A stretch of 64,000 nt of DNA. It comes from Eledone cirrhosa. Taxonomy: Eukaryota. Every line of letters begins with the position of its first letter. The first letter of the stretch is position 1. The position numbers and the translations under genes are program-made. The notes under the pieces are model-generated. The model ran no database searches and was not told the DNA's origin. It saw nothing but the letters and a program-made list of their open reading frames with translations. Shown here in pieces: positions 25,384-40,007 of this stretch. The stretch is from the NCBI GenBank assembly GCA_964016885.1, contig OZ024746.1:23126001-23190000 (forward strand), in the 5' to 3' direction.

Positions 25384-28084
25384 TAAACTGGTTGAACAAA
25401 ATTGTAAACTGGTTGTAGAAAAATAAAATTGCCGAGAGAATATAGTCAAATACCAATTATTTAAACCTGTATTGCTAAATCGAAAATACATCTTAAACAT
25501 TTTTAATCCATCTATATAAATAAAGAGTGTATGGACATATACACAGTATGTTAATGTATAAGAAACATACATATAGTCTGGCTGTGAGCATTTTAAGCTA
25601 AATCTGTGTGTATTGTCTAACATTTCTAAACCTCTTGTTGGAGAAGGCACGGCTGAGATTAGGAAATTCTCTTTGAAAACCCTAACTATGCTACACGTTG
25701 AGCAAGAATCTACCTTCATCTTGAATAGAACAAACCCATTTTAGTGAAATTTGGTCGGCGGAAAATGTGTAGAATTCTGTCGGAAGGAACGTTCCTTTTC
25801 TTAAGTGGTAAACTTAATCTGTTGTCGTCACACCACCACCTGGTCCTTTGGGCGGCATGCCTGAGTATTGCCTTATTTAACGCAACTACCTGGTCTTATG
25901 GGTGGTATTCTTAAGCTTGTTGCCTTATTTACCACCTGGTCATTTTGGGTGGTAGAGAAACTGTTACCTTGTTTAATACCACCACCTAGTCCTTGGGTTC
26001 TTTAGTACGCTACTTTGTAAACATTTGGCCTAGGTCTCCGATCTGAGGTTAATTTCCTCCTTTCTAGCCCACAGCATCAGACTCTGAAAAGAGCTAAGGG
26101 CACTGGCTTTCTTCTGACTAAACCAATGGAAGGAAAGAAAAGTAGAAATCAGACCGAATTGTCAGACCAAACCAAGGAAACTATACTTCCATTAGTCTTT
26201 TCATAGTTGATACTATCAGCTGGATGCAACTTCTGACAGCAACATCACCGATAGTAGGATTTGAACTCAGAATGTAGAGCAGCAGAACAGATACTACAAA
26301 GTATCCAGTTGGGCTAACAATTTCACCAATCTATCGTCAAAGAACTTTATCTACTCAACCCCTCCCCACGAAAAGATAAAAGGGAAATTTGACCTCAACA
26401 AGGTTTAACCACAAAATGTTAAGAGTCGGAACAAATACCATGACATTTAATCCGAGGCTTTAATGACTATGCCAATTCGCCACCTTCTGCCAGTAGATAT
26501 TTCTTTCTTTTCATAATTACGTTCAGAAACACTTATTTGAGTTTATTTTAAATCGCAAATGGTGAACAATAGCGTCGTTTGTTACATGTCTCCACTGAAC
26601 CGATCACTGGAAGTCGAACGTAAAAGTAAAGATTCAGCTTCTCTATTGTTTTTTTGTTAATTATTTTCTTATATTTTCCCTGTTTCCTTCATCCCCTTAT
26701 CCATCAAGATGGATAAGGGGATGAGGGATTAAGGAGTTCGCTTCGCAATCATGAGGTTCTGGATGCGATCCCACAGCATAGCATCATGCGTAAGTGCATT
26801 TACGAAAACCTCAAATCGACCCAAACCTTGTGAGTGAATCTAAGTGAACAGAAACTGTATGGAAGCTCATCTGATGAAATATATCTGTAATTGGAAGGTC
26901 CAGCCATGTCACACATTATGTCATTCTGCTTGGGAATTGCTGTAGAGTACGTGTTTGTGGAATATTCAACCACATAGAGATACTATCTTGCACTATAGAG
27001 AAATTCAAAGGTCTAGTCTTGTCATATTATGTCATTAATTCGACATGCCCCCTTGAGCCTTCTGCCTATGTTTGCCTGCTATTACTGGCATGTGAAACGA
27101 CCTCTTCAGAGGATACGTATTGACCCTTCTGCTTGTATTTGGCTGCTATTTCTAGCATATCTAACAACCACTTCAATGGACACTTGTTGATCCTTCTGCT
27201 TGTATTTGGCTGCTATTTCTAGCATGTATAACAATTCTGACTGTATAGGACTGCTATTTCTAGACTAATTTACAGAGGTCTGTGTCCAATATCACTCAGA
27301 CAAATAGAAAAGGCTCCAGTTCGCAAGCCATTGTTTTAGGACAGGCAGGAAAGTAATTTCATCGCTTCTCCTATGGAAGCTCTCTTGAAGTGTCCATTGT
27401 CAAAACATGACTTATCAAGAGACTTTAGATGAAAATGGTCATCTGGTTATGGAAGATAGCTAGTCAATGTCCGATGGGAATATCTTCTACTTTTTATGTT
27501 ATGCATTGGTATCAGAGTAAAAACAACAGAGCTTATCAACGTAACAAATGTTTTATTGATGGAGTGGTGTGTGCATAAATGTTAGTTCATACCTGGAGTT
27601 AAATGTTAGCAAACAGCAGTAAGAAAGGTTCGGAATGCATGTCCATCCCTAGGCCCTTTGATGGGGGTCCCTAGGAAGCTGCTATCAGTTCAGAAGCTGC
27701 AGTCCAACTGCCCCTCAGCAAGGCAATGCTTTGACTTGACGTCATAACAAGGGAGGCGACTCTCACTACAAGACTATCCCTAGAAACTCGGGAAACTATC
27801 TCGAAGAACTGAGGACAGCAATATTGAATGGTTTGGTGTGGAAAAGAATTGTCGAGAGTGTTCCGACTAAACAGATCGAAGGGTGATGATGAATAACATA
27901 TTGTTTCTTTACTTCTTGTTGTATAGACATAGTAGTGAACACAGCATAGCCGAACTTACAACATTACGGCCGTTGGCTGAACACACTAACCACACCTAGG
28001 CTGTGCATATAACAATCAAATATTTCTAGTGACAAGAAAAACACAAACAAACAATGAAGCGATTAAGTTTATAGTGTGTCTTCT

Positions 28085-29030
28085 TTTCGGCCCGCCTCAC
28101 TGCTCTCGGGAAGATAGACGGTGGAATACACCCCATCGCGGTAGGAAATGTCTTCCGGGGGCTCACAGCCAAGATCATACACATGTCTGTTCCATCTGAA
28201 CTAGGCGAGGGTCTCACCCTATGCAGCTGCGAGTCGGTGTGACCAGCGGGTGTGAGGAGGGAGGGGCACACCGTTAGACAGTTCATGAACAACTGTCCTT
28301 CCGAGCCGGTGCTGAGTGATTCCAGCCATCTCACCGTCAAGATTGGCATGAAAAATGCCTTCAACTGTCTGGCATGTTTCCGCTCGGTCTCCTAACCCGA
28401 CAGTCGTGCCTGGCTCAACGCACTTCCATTTCTTGCGACTAGTGCTCCGCTGGACAGCGACTATTTGCGTGTTTCCCTGAAACTCGGCCTCCGCGTCTGT
28501 GAGCCACATAAATGCCGCTGTGGTACCACTGTGAATCCTTTCGGTCTCCACCCACTGTCATGCGGTTACAGTGCTGGCTGCTTCCTACACCATACTGCTC
28601 TCAACGATATCACAAAGCATGGCCTGGACAGCGCAGGCTTGCCTTCCCAGTTCGAACCTGCGGGGCTGGACCGAGGGGATGGCAAAAGGCCTGACGACAT
28701 GACAATCTTCCCGTTCCACAGGAGTAGACCCCTCATCTGCGATGCCACATACTGTGATACATCTAGTGGCCATCTGGTGCGTTTAGTTACCTTCCCAGGC
28801 TCTGCTGCCCGCCAGGCCAAAGAGGCCAAACTGTCCAAGTATCGGACGCTCTCCGATAGGTTTTTGGTAGAGCCTGTAGTAGTGGAGACTTCCGGCCCCT
28901 GGACGACATCCCAGCTCACTGCTATCGGAGCGGAGTTGACTTCCGCAGGTGGGAGCACCGCGGGGTGAAGTGGCTGTTCCAGCGCGTCTCCTTTGCCGTC
29001 CTCCGGAGTAATGTATTCTCTATCTTGTTG
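28085..29030 (+). mobile_element. CRE-clade non-LTR retrotransposon remnant, internally deleted
   Basis: RT motifs GGIHPIAVGNVFRGLTAK, GVTSGCE and KNAFN are joined directly to AWLNALP..CRCG..GLHPLSC..DGKRPD..DAT..VVVETSG (zinc finger plus restriction-like endonuclease). Confidence 0.8.
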
Positions 29031-29154
29031 ACCAGACCAATAGACAAAGAATAAGTTAGCTGGAGGTGGAGGATACTTGTTCAGATGTCACACATACATA
29101 TACAGGCTTAAGCTGAGAAATCTACTCAAATAAACTACACAGATTGATTAAGCA

Positions 29155-29965
29155 CTTCCAGCGACGTCCCTCCTCCTTCTCCCCCTGTTGACGTCAAGTC
29201 CCCCCAACGCACTTGGGATGCCATCCAGTGCAGCCTGGCCTCAGACAGGCTCACGCGCCAGCTCGACCACCACCGCCTTGCTTGTTTTCGTGCGGCCTCC
29301 AAACCCCACAGTTCTGCCTGGCTCCATGCCCTGCCCTCCTCCACTGGCACGCAGCTAGACAACCATAGCCTGCGAATCGGCGTTTCCCTGAGGCTCGGCC
29401 TCCGGATCTGCCAGCCACACCAATGTTGCTGCGGTTCCACCGTGGACTCTTTCGGCCTCCACCCGCTTTCCTGTCGCCGCAGTGCCGGCCGCATTCCACG
29501 CCATACTGCCCTCAACGAGGTCATTAAGCATGGCTTGGACGCTGCAGGCTTCCCTTCCCAGCTCGAGCCGGTGGGGCTGTATCGAGAGGACGGCAAAAGG
29601 CCAGATGGCATGACCATCTTCCCGTTCCGCGGTGGCAAACTCCTCGTCTGGGATGCCACTTGCACCGACACTTTCTGCAGCCGCAGCCTGGTGCAGTCTG
29701 CGACTGACCCAGGTTATGCTGCACGTCCGGCTGAGGGGGCCAAACTCCTCAAATACCGGTCGCTCTCCGACAGGTTTGCGGTCGTACTCCTGGCAGTGGA
29801 GACTTCTGGTGTCCTCGGCCCCAGGGCTACCTCCTTACTCACCACCATAGGCGCTGAGCTGGCGAGCCGCAGGTGTGAGGCCAGCGAGTTGGAGTGGTTT
29901 TTCCAGCGCGTCTCCCTTGCCGTCCTCCGGGGAACCGCCTTCTCCATTCTGTCCGCCGGGGATGT
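29155..29965 (+). mobile_element. Second CRE-clade 3' fragment
   Basis: AWLHALP..GLHPLSCRRSAGRIPRHTALN..DGKRPDGMT..WDATCTDT..AVETSGVLG..QRVSLAVLRG. Confidence 0.85.
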
Positions 29966-30323
29966 GGGTGGGCCCCATCGCGTACCAATACATTAGTTAA
30001 ATACCATTCTTTCATCAAATGGTATAACTGAAGTCGTAGACTAAAATTCTAACTTGGACTATTTTTCAAATTCAAAAACGTGTTTTGTTTCAACTATTTG
30101 ATTTCTCTTCAAAATAGATGCTTCAAGAGTCGCGTGTGTGTGTAGAGTTATTTCCCTTGCCTTATTTTAATGCTATTTCTTAAGATGAATTTAGCAGTCG
30201 TTAGAAAGTCGGATGGAAAGCTTCGCCGCATTTGTTTCGCTTCTCAGCATTTGATTTCAAATCCCACCGAGGTCAACTTTCAAGGTCGATAATTACAGTA
30301 CCAATTCAGTACTTGCATCGATT

Positions 30324-30396
<73 letters not shown>

Positions 30397-30489
30397 ACCG
30401 TGCTTGTGTACAGGGCCGGATTTAATGGGGCAATTCAATTATTTACGCCAGCCAACTTTGATATTGTTCGTTTCCTACAAAATATTCCT

Positions 30490-31150
30490 ACAAAATATTC
30501 AAAGTGATGCAGGAGCTGCGTTAGGCAGTCCATCCATTACGGAATCCATGTTGGTTGAGTTCAACAGATTGTTGCTTTCAAGAAAGTGAGTTATTCGTGA
30601 TCTCACCATCCTCTCAAATATCTTAATGATATGAGAGGTGAGTAAGATCAGATAGTAATTCACTGCAAGGGACAACAGACTGGGACAGATAATTTCCAGG
30701 GATATAACCAGCGTCCAGTGAGTTCCTCCATAGATTAGCTAGAGAAGATGCAAGTTGGTGTTGATACATCTTCAGGACACTATCAGGGAAACTATCGGGT
30801 CATACTGCTGAGTTGAGTTTAATTTCGTTTATTGCCGCTAAGACATCAGAGGTCGCCATAACATTATGTCAGATATCGCGTGTTGGGGATTAACATCACT
30901 GATACAGCCCAGATCAACCATATTAGGATTGCCGAAAACAGAGCAGTATTGTTTCTGCAGTATCTCACTCATGGTTTTTAGCATTGTCTTGAAGAGTGCC
31001 ATTTTCATCAATCTGAGGGCCAACAGTGGAGACAGTGACCTTGTGTGTTTTTTTTTGGGGGGGGGGGGGATTGAAAAGAACACTTTGAGATTGGGTTTCA
31101 TTTTCTCAATGACCCATTCCTCGTCAGCTGTTCTTTGGTTATTGATGATG
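30490..31150 (-). mobile_element. Decayed CR1-like LINE RT-region fragment
   Basis: Minus-strand NYYLILLTSHIIKIFERMVR resembles NYRPISLTSH.IK.FER. Confidence 0.65.
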
Positions 31151-31789
31151 GTCTTTATGTGTTGTTGGAGATTTTTTTGATTTTTTTATTCGAGCAGTGC
31201 AATAGCAATCGAGTGTGTGTGTTGCTGTTGGCAGTACTTTAGATGGATTTTTTGGGAGGGGTAGGGGGGGGGGGGTCTTTTTTTTCTGATAATAGCGTTT
31301 CTGTTTTGGGGAGATTCTGCACTTAGTTTTGTTCACAGATCTTGATGGAGTATGTTTTACACATATGTTTGCAACAGTGTCTACAAATATCTGCCAAGAT
31401 GTTTAGATGTTGGTGGAGATGAATGCGTGCAAAGACATACACAGACTCACATACATACAGAGAGAAAAGGTGGAGACTGACAGACTAAGCAGAGAGAGGT
31501 GGAGGCTGACAAATGGATGGGTGTTCGCCCGAGTATAAACTTCAGTCACGTGGATGTCCAATTTAATGAAGTGTCAGACATGTGGAATCGATAATTATTT
31601 CTGATTGTATCTATGTACAATGGCGGAGATGAGGAAGGGAGAAGAGAGAGAAAGAGGGTGTGTGTGTATATGTGTGAAGAGAGGGAAAGAGAGTGTGTGT
31701 GTATAAGTGTGTGTTGATGGGACGGAAATTGTCTGAGAAACAGAGGATCTTGATGGGAGAGAAAGCGAGAGTTGGTGGGGGGATGTTGG

Positions 31790-31794
<5 letters not shown>

Positions 31795-31846
<52 letters not shown>

Positions 31847-31935
31847 GAGAAGTGAGAGAGAGAGAGAGATGTCGATGGGAGAAGAGAGAGAGAGATGGGA
31901 GAAGTGAGACAGAGATGTCGATGGGAGACGAGAGA

Positions 31936-31998
<63 letters not shown>

Positions 31999-32024
31999 GA
32001 GAAGTGAGACAGAGATGTCGATGG

Positions 32025-32066
<42 letters not shown>

Positions 32067-32123
32067 GAGAAGTGAGAGAGAGAGATGGGAGAAGTGAGAG
32101 AGAGAGATGTCGATGGGAGAAGT

Positions 32124-32157
<34 letters not shown>

Positions 32158-32185
32158 TGTCGATGGGAGAAGAGAGAGAGATGGG
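31795..32185. repeat. (GA)n compound minisatellite with gatgtcgatgggagaagt units
   Basis: Direct reading of the sequence. Confidence 0.92.
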
Positions 32186-32319
32186 CGCCGACGAGAGAAG
32201 TATGACGTCTGCTATGGCTTAGTATCCCACCCTTTGACATACATACACATCTATCACAGGTAAGTGTTTCTTTCGAATCCCGTTCTAGGAGCGGATTGAC
32301 ATCCTCGATATATTTAGCT

Positions 32320-32730
32320 GCTCATTTTACTTCAGCATAGGTTTTCTGCTTTTGTTCAAATTCCTTAACATCGGTTGCAATCAGATTTCGACACTGGGTT
32401 CTGTCTGTTTCAAGATTTTTCCCTTTCCGAGTATACTCCAGGCAATCTTTGAAGTACCTGTGTGACCTGCACTGCAAGAGTTTTCCTTGCAACAGCTCTT
32501 TATACAATACAAATGCAAAGAAAATGGCAAAGTGGGAGCAAGCAGGTCACCTTGTTTCACGCTTGTCTCAACTGAGAATGGTTCTAGAAGCTCACGACTG
32601 ACACAAACCCACGCCCTCATGTCATCATGCAAGGAACGTACAAGACCCGTATACATCTCAAGGCATCCCAGCTCCAAGAGAATAATCCAAAGAGCCTGAC
32701 GGGGTTGAAGGCCTTCGTGAGCTCAAGATA
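32320..32730 (-). mobile_element. RTE-clade LINE fragment
   Basis: LGC..LVRSLHDDMRAWV..EPFSVETSVKQGDLLAPTL, the RT motif GVKQG..LAP.LF. Confidence 0.8.
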
Positions 32731-33449
32731 GCAATTGTACAGAGCAATTTGTTGATACAGAATATTTTCCTCATTTCCTCAAGTATTTTTCTCCCAGGAT
32801 AATAAAACGACAGGTTCTGTTAATAAAGATCGCCTGTTCATTCCCTGATCTAATTTTAAACCAGTTGTCCGCAAACTACTCAACGGACTAAATCCGGCCC
32901 ACAACTTCATTTCATCCGGCTCATAGACATCTTTGAATGTGTGGCATAGAAAAATCCTTTGTTTACTTTATTAATCTTTGATTAAACTGTTTTCAATTCC
33001 TCCATTTACATACAGTTTATGAACCTGTAGTGAAATATTTTCATTAACATAATTGAAAAATATGTCTATGAATGTAACTAAACAATGTCATAGCATTAAG
33101 AAAATGCCAGCTCTATTGATTATTCTTTCCCACACCTTTGACAAATATTTATTTTATTCTGTTAAACGTTTACAACGATAAGCATTAAAGTCACGTTAAC
33201 AAACAAACTATTTCAATAGATTTGTATGAATGTGGTTTCAATTGATTTTATTTTTTTAATATTTTTTATTTGTCTTTGCCTGCAAGACATGAAAAAAAAA
33301 ACATTTCTAAAAACCTTTTCAGACGACTATTATGTCATAATCTTTAAAGATACGAGAACAAACCAGTACAGCATTTGTGGCTTTTTCAAAGGCAACAGCG
33401 AATTGAAATAACTTCAACTGGGGTTGTTGTTGAACCTCCGTAATGAAAA

Positions 33450-33650
33450 GAGTTAGCTTTAAGCTAGTTTAGATCATGTGGAACTTTGTTGAGAACAGGG
33501 TAAGTTTCAGGCTAGTTCAGATTATGTAGAATCCCTTAAGGAACGAGGTAAACTTTAAGCCAGTTCAGATCACGTGTAATGTCGTTGAGAACGAAGTTAG
33601 CTTCAAGTTAGTTCAGATCGTGTAGAGTTCTGTTGAGAACGAATCAGCTC
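33450..33650. repeat. Degenerate ~48-bp tandem repeat (about 4 copies)
   Basis: Recurrent agctagttcagatc..gttgagaacg. Confidence 0.75.
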
Positions 33651-34573
33651 AAATTATTTGGAGTGCCGTAGAAACTGAGAAGTTAACTAAAACAACGATG
33701 CGGTTTCGGTTTCGAGTTCCAGTCATGTCTTCAACATCCATGATTGATATTTTCTAGAAAGATACTGACGTCATTCCTTTTCTCCGAGATACATTATATT
33801 TGTGTTTAGTCATTCATATAGAAAACATTATCACACATACTGTCAGTTCAAAAAGCATCAAATCGATTTTGTCTTTCATCCCACTGTGGGGACTGAAGGT
33901 AGTCGACGTCTTTCATCTCCCTGTGATCGATAAAATCAATTCAATCGAGTATGCAATTCTTCACAATATTGATTGGTCAAAAGAAGAAACCAATAATACA
34001 TCTAAAGACAAGTTGACAAAACAAATTTATTGGTATATTCTATATTTTTCTTCAGTTTGTGGCATTCGAGATATTCGAGGAGAACTAAGTCGATGATAAC
34101 GACGTTTTTGTCATTGTTGGTGGCTTATGTATCAGGTGATGCTTCTCGTGGGGGTACTTGGCTATTCCAGCACCTCAGCCTCGTTATCACCAGCAGGAAA
34201 TATTTCAAAAAGCAACAGTAGCATTTCCTGTTATAGAAAGGAACAAAATGGACCTCCGTAGGTTTCAACGATGAGTGTTCCAGTTGTTCGATAAATGGAA
34301 CAGCCTACTCGTGAAATTAACGTGTGTCCTAACATTCCACAGACACGTGTACCGTTAACAGTACAAGGAGATTCAATGTGAGATGTGTGTCAAGACTGGC
34401 TGGCCCTTTCAATTAGAGGTACAGTCCATCCAAATGGCTTCTAAACAGTTTCCTTCTACCCAGTTTCATTCAATTCACAACCCTTGGGTCGACTCGGGCT
34501 GTGATCAATGACACTTGATCAATATGGTCGATCAACAACACAGGTGGGTCATTTGTTGGCTCAATTGCTTGTT

Positions 34574-35392
34574 GGATGATGGTGGTGGTGGTGGTGGTGG
34601 TGGTGGTGGTGGTGGTGGTGGTGGTGGTGGTGGTGGTGGTGGTGGTGGTGATGGTGGTAATGATGGTGATGGTGACGATGAGGATGATGGTGGTGGTGAT
34701 GGTAATGATGATGATGCTGATGAGATGGTGGTGGTGATGATGGTGGTGGTGATGGTGGTGGTGATGGTGATGGTGACGATGATGATGGTGATGGTAATGA
34801 TGATGATGCTGGTGAGATGGTGGTGGTGGTGATGGTGGTGGTGATGGTGGTGATGGTGGTGATGGTGGCAATGATGTGGTGGTGATGAGGATGGTGGTGA
34901 TGATGATGGTGGTGATGATGATGATGGTGGTGATGGTGGCAATGATGTGGTGGTGATGATGATGATGGTGGTGATGATGGTGGTGATGGTTGTGATGGTG
35001 GTGATGGTGGTGATGGTGGTGATGGTGGCAATGATGTGGTGGTGATGATGATGGTGGCAATGATGTGGTGGTGATGATGATGGTGGCAATGATGTGGTGG
35101 TGATGATGATGGTGGTGATGATGATGATGGTGATGGTGGTGATGGTGGTGATGGTGGTGATGGTGGTGATGGTGGCAATGATGTGGTGGTGATGATGATG
35201 GTGGCAATGATGTGGTGGTGGTGATGATGATAGTGGCAATGATGTGGTGGTGATGGTGGTGATGGTGGTGATGGTGGTGATGATGATGATGATGATGGTG
35301 GTGACGATGATGATGGTGGTGATGATGGTGGTGGTGGTGGTGATGATGGTGGCAATGATGTGGTGGTGATGGTGGTAATGGCGATGATGAGG
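34574..35392. repeat. (GGT/GAT)n compound trinucleotide array
   Basis: Direct reading. It is the source of the poly-His/Pro/Thr ORFs. Confidence 0.97.
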
Positions 35393-35891
35393 AGGTATGT
35401 AGACCTATCACCAACCTTTGGTGATAGTCACAGAAAAGAAGGTCCAATTAATTTTTGTTTTTATCGATCAGCAAGATCTCAGACATGATTCGCTTACCGA
35501 GTGAAGTGGAACTCATCAAATCGGACCGAGGAAGCAATGTTTCCATTGGTCTTTCCATTGCTGATACTATCTACCAGTCGCAACACTTGGCAGAATAATT
35601 AGATATGTTCAGTGCTGATAGAAAGGTGGATTGACCGCAATATTGTCACCATCACTTGACCTTCGTCAAGATACTCAACTACCCTCTCCTTCTTTCTGAC
35701 TCCATTCTCTCTGTTTTCCTTATGCCTTTCTTTCTCATTCGCTTTCCTTCCTCTTGTTATATTAATCTATCTTCCTTTGATATATTTCCTCGCTTTCTCC
35801 ACATAGCTGTCCTTATCTCTCTCACTCTTTCTGATACCCTTTCTCCCTTTCTGATACTCCTCTATATGTTTCGTCTCTCTCTGTCTAACAA

Positions 35892-35923
<32 letters not shown>

Positions 35924-36178
35924 TTATTTGTGATAACATTTTACACGTTTTTATTGTATGTAAACTTCCTCCTTTGTATTTGTCCCCTTCTTTTGTGTCC
36001 CTGTGGCTAATAATGAAACATATCTATCTATCTATCTATCTATCTCTCTATCTTTATCTCTCCCTCATATATTCACAGGCATCACCGTCCCTCAAATATT
36101 ACAAATATTTATATATATATATATATACAGCGAGAGAGAGAGAGAGGGGGAGGAGGGAGAGGGAGCGATACACCTGCT

Positions 36179-36246
<68 letters not shown>

Positions 36247-36660
36247 GCAGGCAGCGTTCTTTTCAAACAGTGAAACATTACCAATGTTCTTTAAACCTAT
36301 CTTACCTGTTTGTTTTTTTTTGTTTTGTTATTTTCTCATTTCTTTCTTCTTTTGTTTTATCTTTCTGTTTTCAAGTGTTTACTACACAGGAAATGAGAAG
36401 TTGAGATCTATGCACCATTAAACTTGGCAATGTTTTTAGATCCACCCTTTTTAATAAGAACAGTTTATTTTACTACAGTACAGATAGTTAGTTGTTCTAG
36501 TTATAATGTCATTAACATCTACCATGTTGTTATGCATCCATCTATTCCTCCATGGGCCATTAACTCCCGATGAAAGTCGAAAGGGTGCTTTTATAATACA
36601 CAGCGTGTCTTGGCCATTTAAACCTGTGGAGCCCATCCCTGTCCGGGTCTGAACCCAGAC

Positions 36661-36854
<194 letters not shown>

Positions 36855-36855
<1 letters not shown>

Positions 36856-36970
36856 GTAAAAGGTAAACAAAATAACAACACATTCGGTACAGTATATGGA
36901 AGGAATATATTAGTTTAACGCTTGAAATAGCAGGAAGAGGGTCTTAACGTTTCAGATGCTAGTCCTCCAT
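36855..36970 (-). mobile_element. Penelope terminal fragment, family A, truncated inside the hammerhead
   Basis: Near-identical to 6270-6383. Confidence 0.8.
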
Positions 36971-37123
36971 ATATATATATATGTCATAATTGTTTCTACT
37001 TTTGGCACAAGGCCAGCAATCACCCAGTACATTACTGGTATTTTATTTTACCGACCCCGTAAGGATGAAAGGCTTGAATACAAAAACCAAAATCCTGAGG
37101 GAGGACTCGATAAGGATTGTATA

Positions 37124-37168
<45 letters not shown>

Positions 37169-38384
37169 GGAGAGTAAATATTGATTGTCAGCACTGATTA
37201 AAAGTTTAAGCAAACAATTTCTGCTAAAGCGGGATCTTCACTTTTCATCATTATATAAATCTTCCTTAATTATTCAAATCAAGAAGGGCTTTAACTAAAA
37301 ATGTCCCTTGTCTCTGCTTTGTGCGATCACACGACCAGCTAGAAATAGCAACGAAATTACTCTCCAAAGAGACTCCTTTTTTTTTTTTTTTTTTTTTTTT
37401 TCTTAGTCAGTTAACACCCCATGTACGAACATAAGCTCCTGTCTGATGTAACCCTAGACTCATAAAAGAATTTAGCTTAAATAAAACCGTAATTCACCTT
37501 CGCTCTATACCAGTTATGGGCGAACTGCGACCCGTTTGGCTTTCTGAATGGCACGCCTAATCTTAAAATTCAGAACCAATAATAATGACCCTCATGGTCG
37601 GATGATTGATTAAGCATGGGCATCGATGGGAATTGAATCTTGAGGGGGCATTTGATTCCAGAATGTAACGAGCTGGAATAAAAGCCGCAAAGCAACTCGT
37701 CAAATCCATCACTCTGGACTGGTACTTTATTTATCGATCAAGATAGGATGAAAGGTAAAGCTAACCTTGCCGGGATTTTATCTAGAGCTCAGAAGGATGG
37801 AACAAATACTGTAATGGATTCTATTCGGCACTAAAAATTCCGCTAATACACCATCCAGGGCTGATACTTTATTTATCGACCAAGATAAGATGAAAGGTAA
37901 AGTTGACTTCGGTCCAAAGCATAAAAACATGGAACTAATACTTTAATGCTTTATATCTGAAAATGATGGGATGAGATGGCCACGGCTGGAGTATCTTTGA
38001 TCATAGGTCAACTCGATCAAAGTCGACGTGGTGTTATACAACAAAAACACAGATGACAGTTCCTGTCAAAGAAAATATTGGGATTATCGACGTTTTTCAC
38101 TTTGTCGTAGAATTGTTAGAAATGGAATTTCGATATTTTCCGTTCTCTCTGTGTTGACAAGATGGTCAGTGGTTGAAGAACAGCTGCCTATAATTATCTG
38201 CCTACGGACAATAAAAACATCTAATCTATCTACATAACTGTCTACCTATATATGTCTGTATATCGATTTACTTACCTACCTAACTATCTGTACCTGTCTT
38301 ACTGACGGTCAATCTATAGTTATCTATTTATGTGTTTTAACCAATGTATCTATTTTTGGACAAGAACAACGACATCAAATAAAA

Positions 38385-38545
38385 CGGGACGTGATGAGAC
38401 ATAATAAGACGGGACGTGACGAGAACGAGACGAAATAAGACGAGGCGTGACGAGACGAGATAAGACGAAACGTGACGAGACGAGATAAGACGAAACGTGA
38501 CCAGACGAGATAAGGCGAAACGTAACGAGACGAGACAAGACAGAG
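38385..38545. repeat. (GACGA)-based minisatellite
   Basis: Units of gtgacgagacgagataagacgaaac. Confidence 0.85.
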
Positions 38546-38590
38546 AGACAGGCCGACGGATATCGAGAACAAAGTCATCGTAATTTAGTG

Positions 38591-39253
38591 CAGTGTTTCC
38601 TAAACTTTTCTTCCTTGTGGCTCATTTTTAGTGTCAAAACAATTTCAGGCCCTCAAAAGCACAAAGAAATACATTTTATTTACAAAAGCAAAATGTATTA
38701 GAAAATATAAATCTTGACTAATGACTACACAATAAAATAAAGTAGTTTGTGTTTTCATAATTTTACGCCAGTGAAAAAAAAAAAGTATTTCAAAGCCCAC
38801 CTATTTTCCTTGAGTCAACTCCAGGCCTACTTATTCCTGAGAGGGTCATGGAGGCAGAATCCTCAAATACTCCTTCCAGCTGGTCCTGTCAGAAGCATCT
38901 GTCTCCAACTGATCCGGATAGATACACTAGCTAAGCCCATGAATGTTATCCAACCATCTTGCTCGGGGTCTACTCCTGGGTCTCCTGTCGATTGCTTTTG
39001 CCTGTAAAATCTGTCCAGTGATTCTTTTATGAGACATTCTAACCACCACATACCTACAGTACCAGAGCTGTAATTTCTCAATTCGGAGAAGTAGCGGCTC
39101 TAGCTGGAGTGATTCCGCACTCGAGTAACGTTTTTCCAAACACCCTTCGGAGGAACCCCATTTCGTGATCGTATTCTTTCGGTCATTACCCAAGAATCAT
39201 GACCATTTCTCAGGCCCACCTGTGGGCCTAAGAACCCACGTTGAGAATCACCG
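38591..39253. mobile_element. hAT MITE containing an RTE-like LINE 3' fragment
   Basis: Ends cagtgtttcctaaac/gttgagaatcaccg with a perfect 8-bp TSD atttagtg. Internal minus-strand RRPRSRPRARWLDNI lies at ~38820-39200. Confidence 0.8.
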
Positions 39254-39975
39254 ATTTAGTGCATATATGTTTGATAACGCTTAAAGAAAATATGAAAGAG
39301 AATTAATCGGAAATGATTTAAATGTAAAATTAAATACGGCGATGGCTGGAGTGACAAGAGGGAGAGGGTCAAGAAAAAATCGAAGATTCAAGTATATCTA
39401 CATAAAATGCTATAAAGGAATTTTTAAGTTATATTTATTACGGGTACCACGTTAGTAGAGGCTCGTGGCCGATCATAAAGTCGTGGGTTCGATTCATGGA
39501 CGAGGTAGTGTGTGTTCTTGAGCAAAAACACTTCATTTCACGTTGCTCCACTATACTCAGCTGAAAATAAGCACCAGCTATAGCTGGAGGTATAAACACG
39601 CAATGGACTAGCGTCCATTCCAGAGGTAGTCTTGTACTCCCAGTCGCTTAACGCCACGGAAAATCGTGATAAGCACCAGCCTGATGAGCCTCCGTGCTCG
39701 AGACATACCTTAAACCACGTTGGTTAATCTATAAAGAGTAAAGACCTCCTTCAGTCACGAATGACCGTGGGATTTGCACCTAGAAAATTCGTCTTCGAGG
39801 CACAAGTCCAAACAAGGTTGTTTTGGGGAAGACCAGCAATCCCCTCTTCACACCACCGATGTTGTCCAAGGGAAAAGTAATGGCCGATACAGCTTGGCAC
39901 CAGTGACGTCGCAACTCATTTCTATAGCTAAGTGAACTGGTGGAACGTAAAAAAAAGTGTCTTGCTCAAGTTTAT

Positions 39976-40007
<32 letters not shown>

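Noticed and set aside
33450-33650. 48-bp repeat as a 16-residue protein repeat
   Set aside because: There are stops in the plus frames examined and no ORF in the track.
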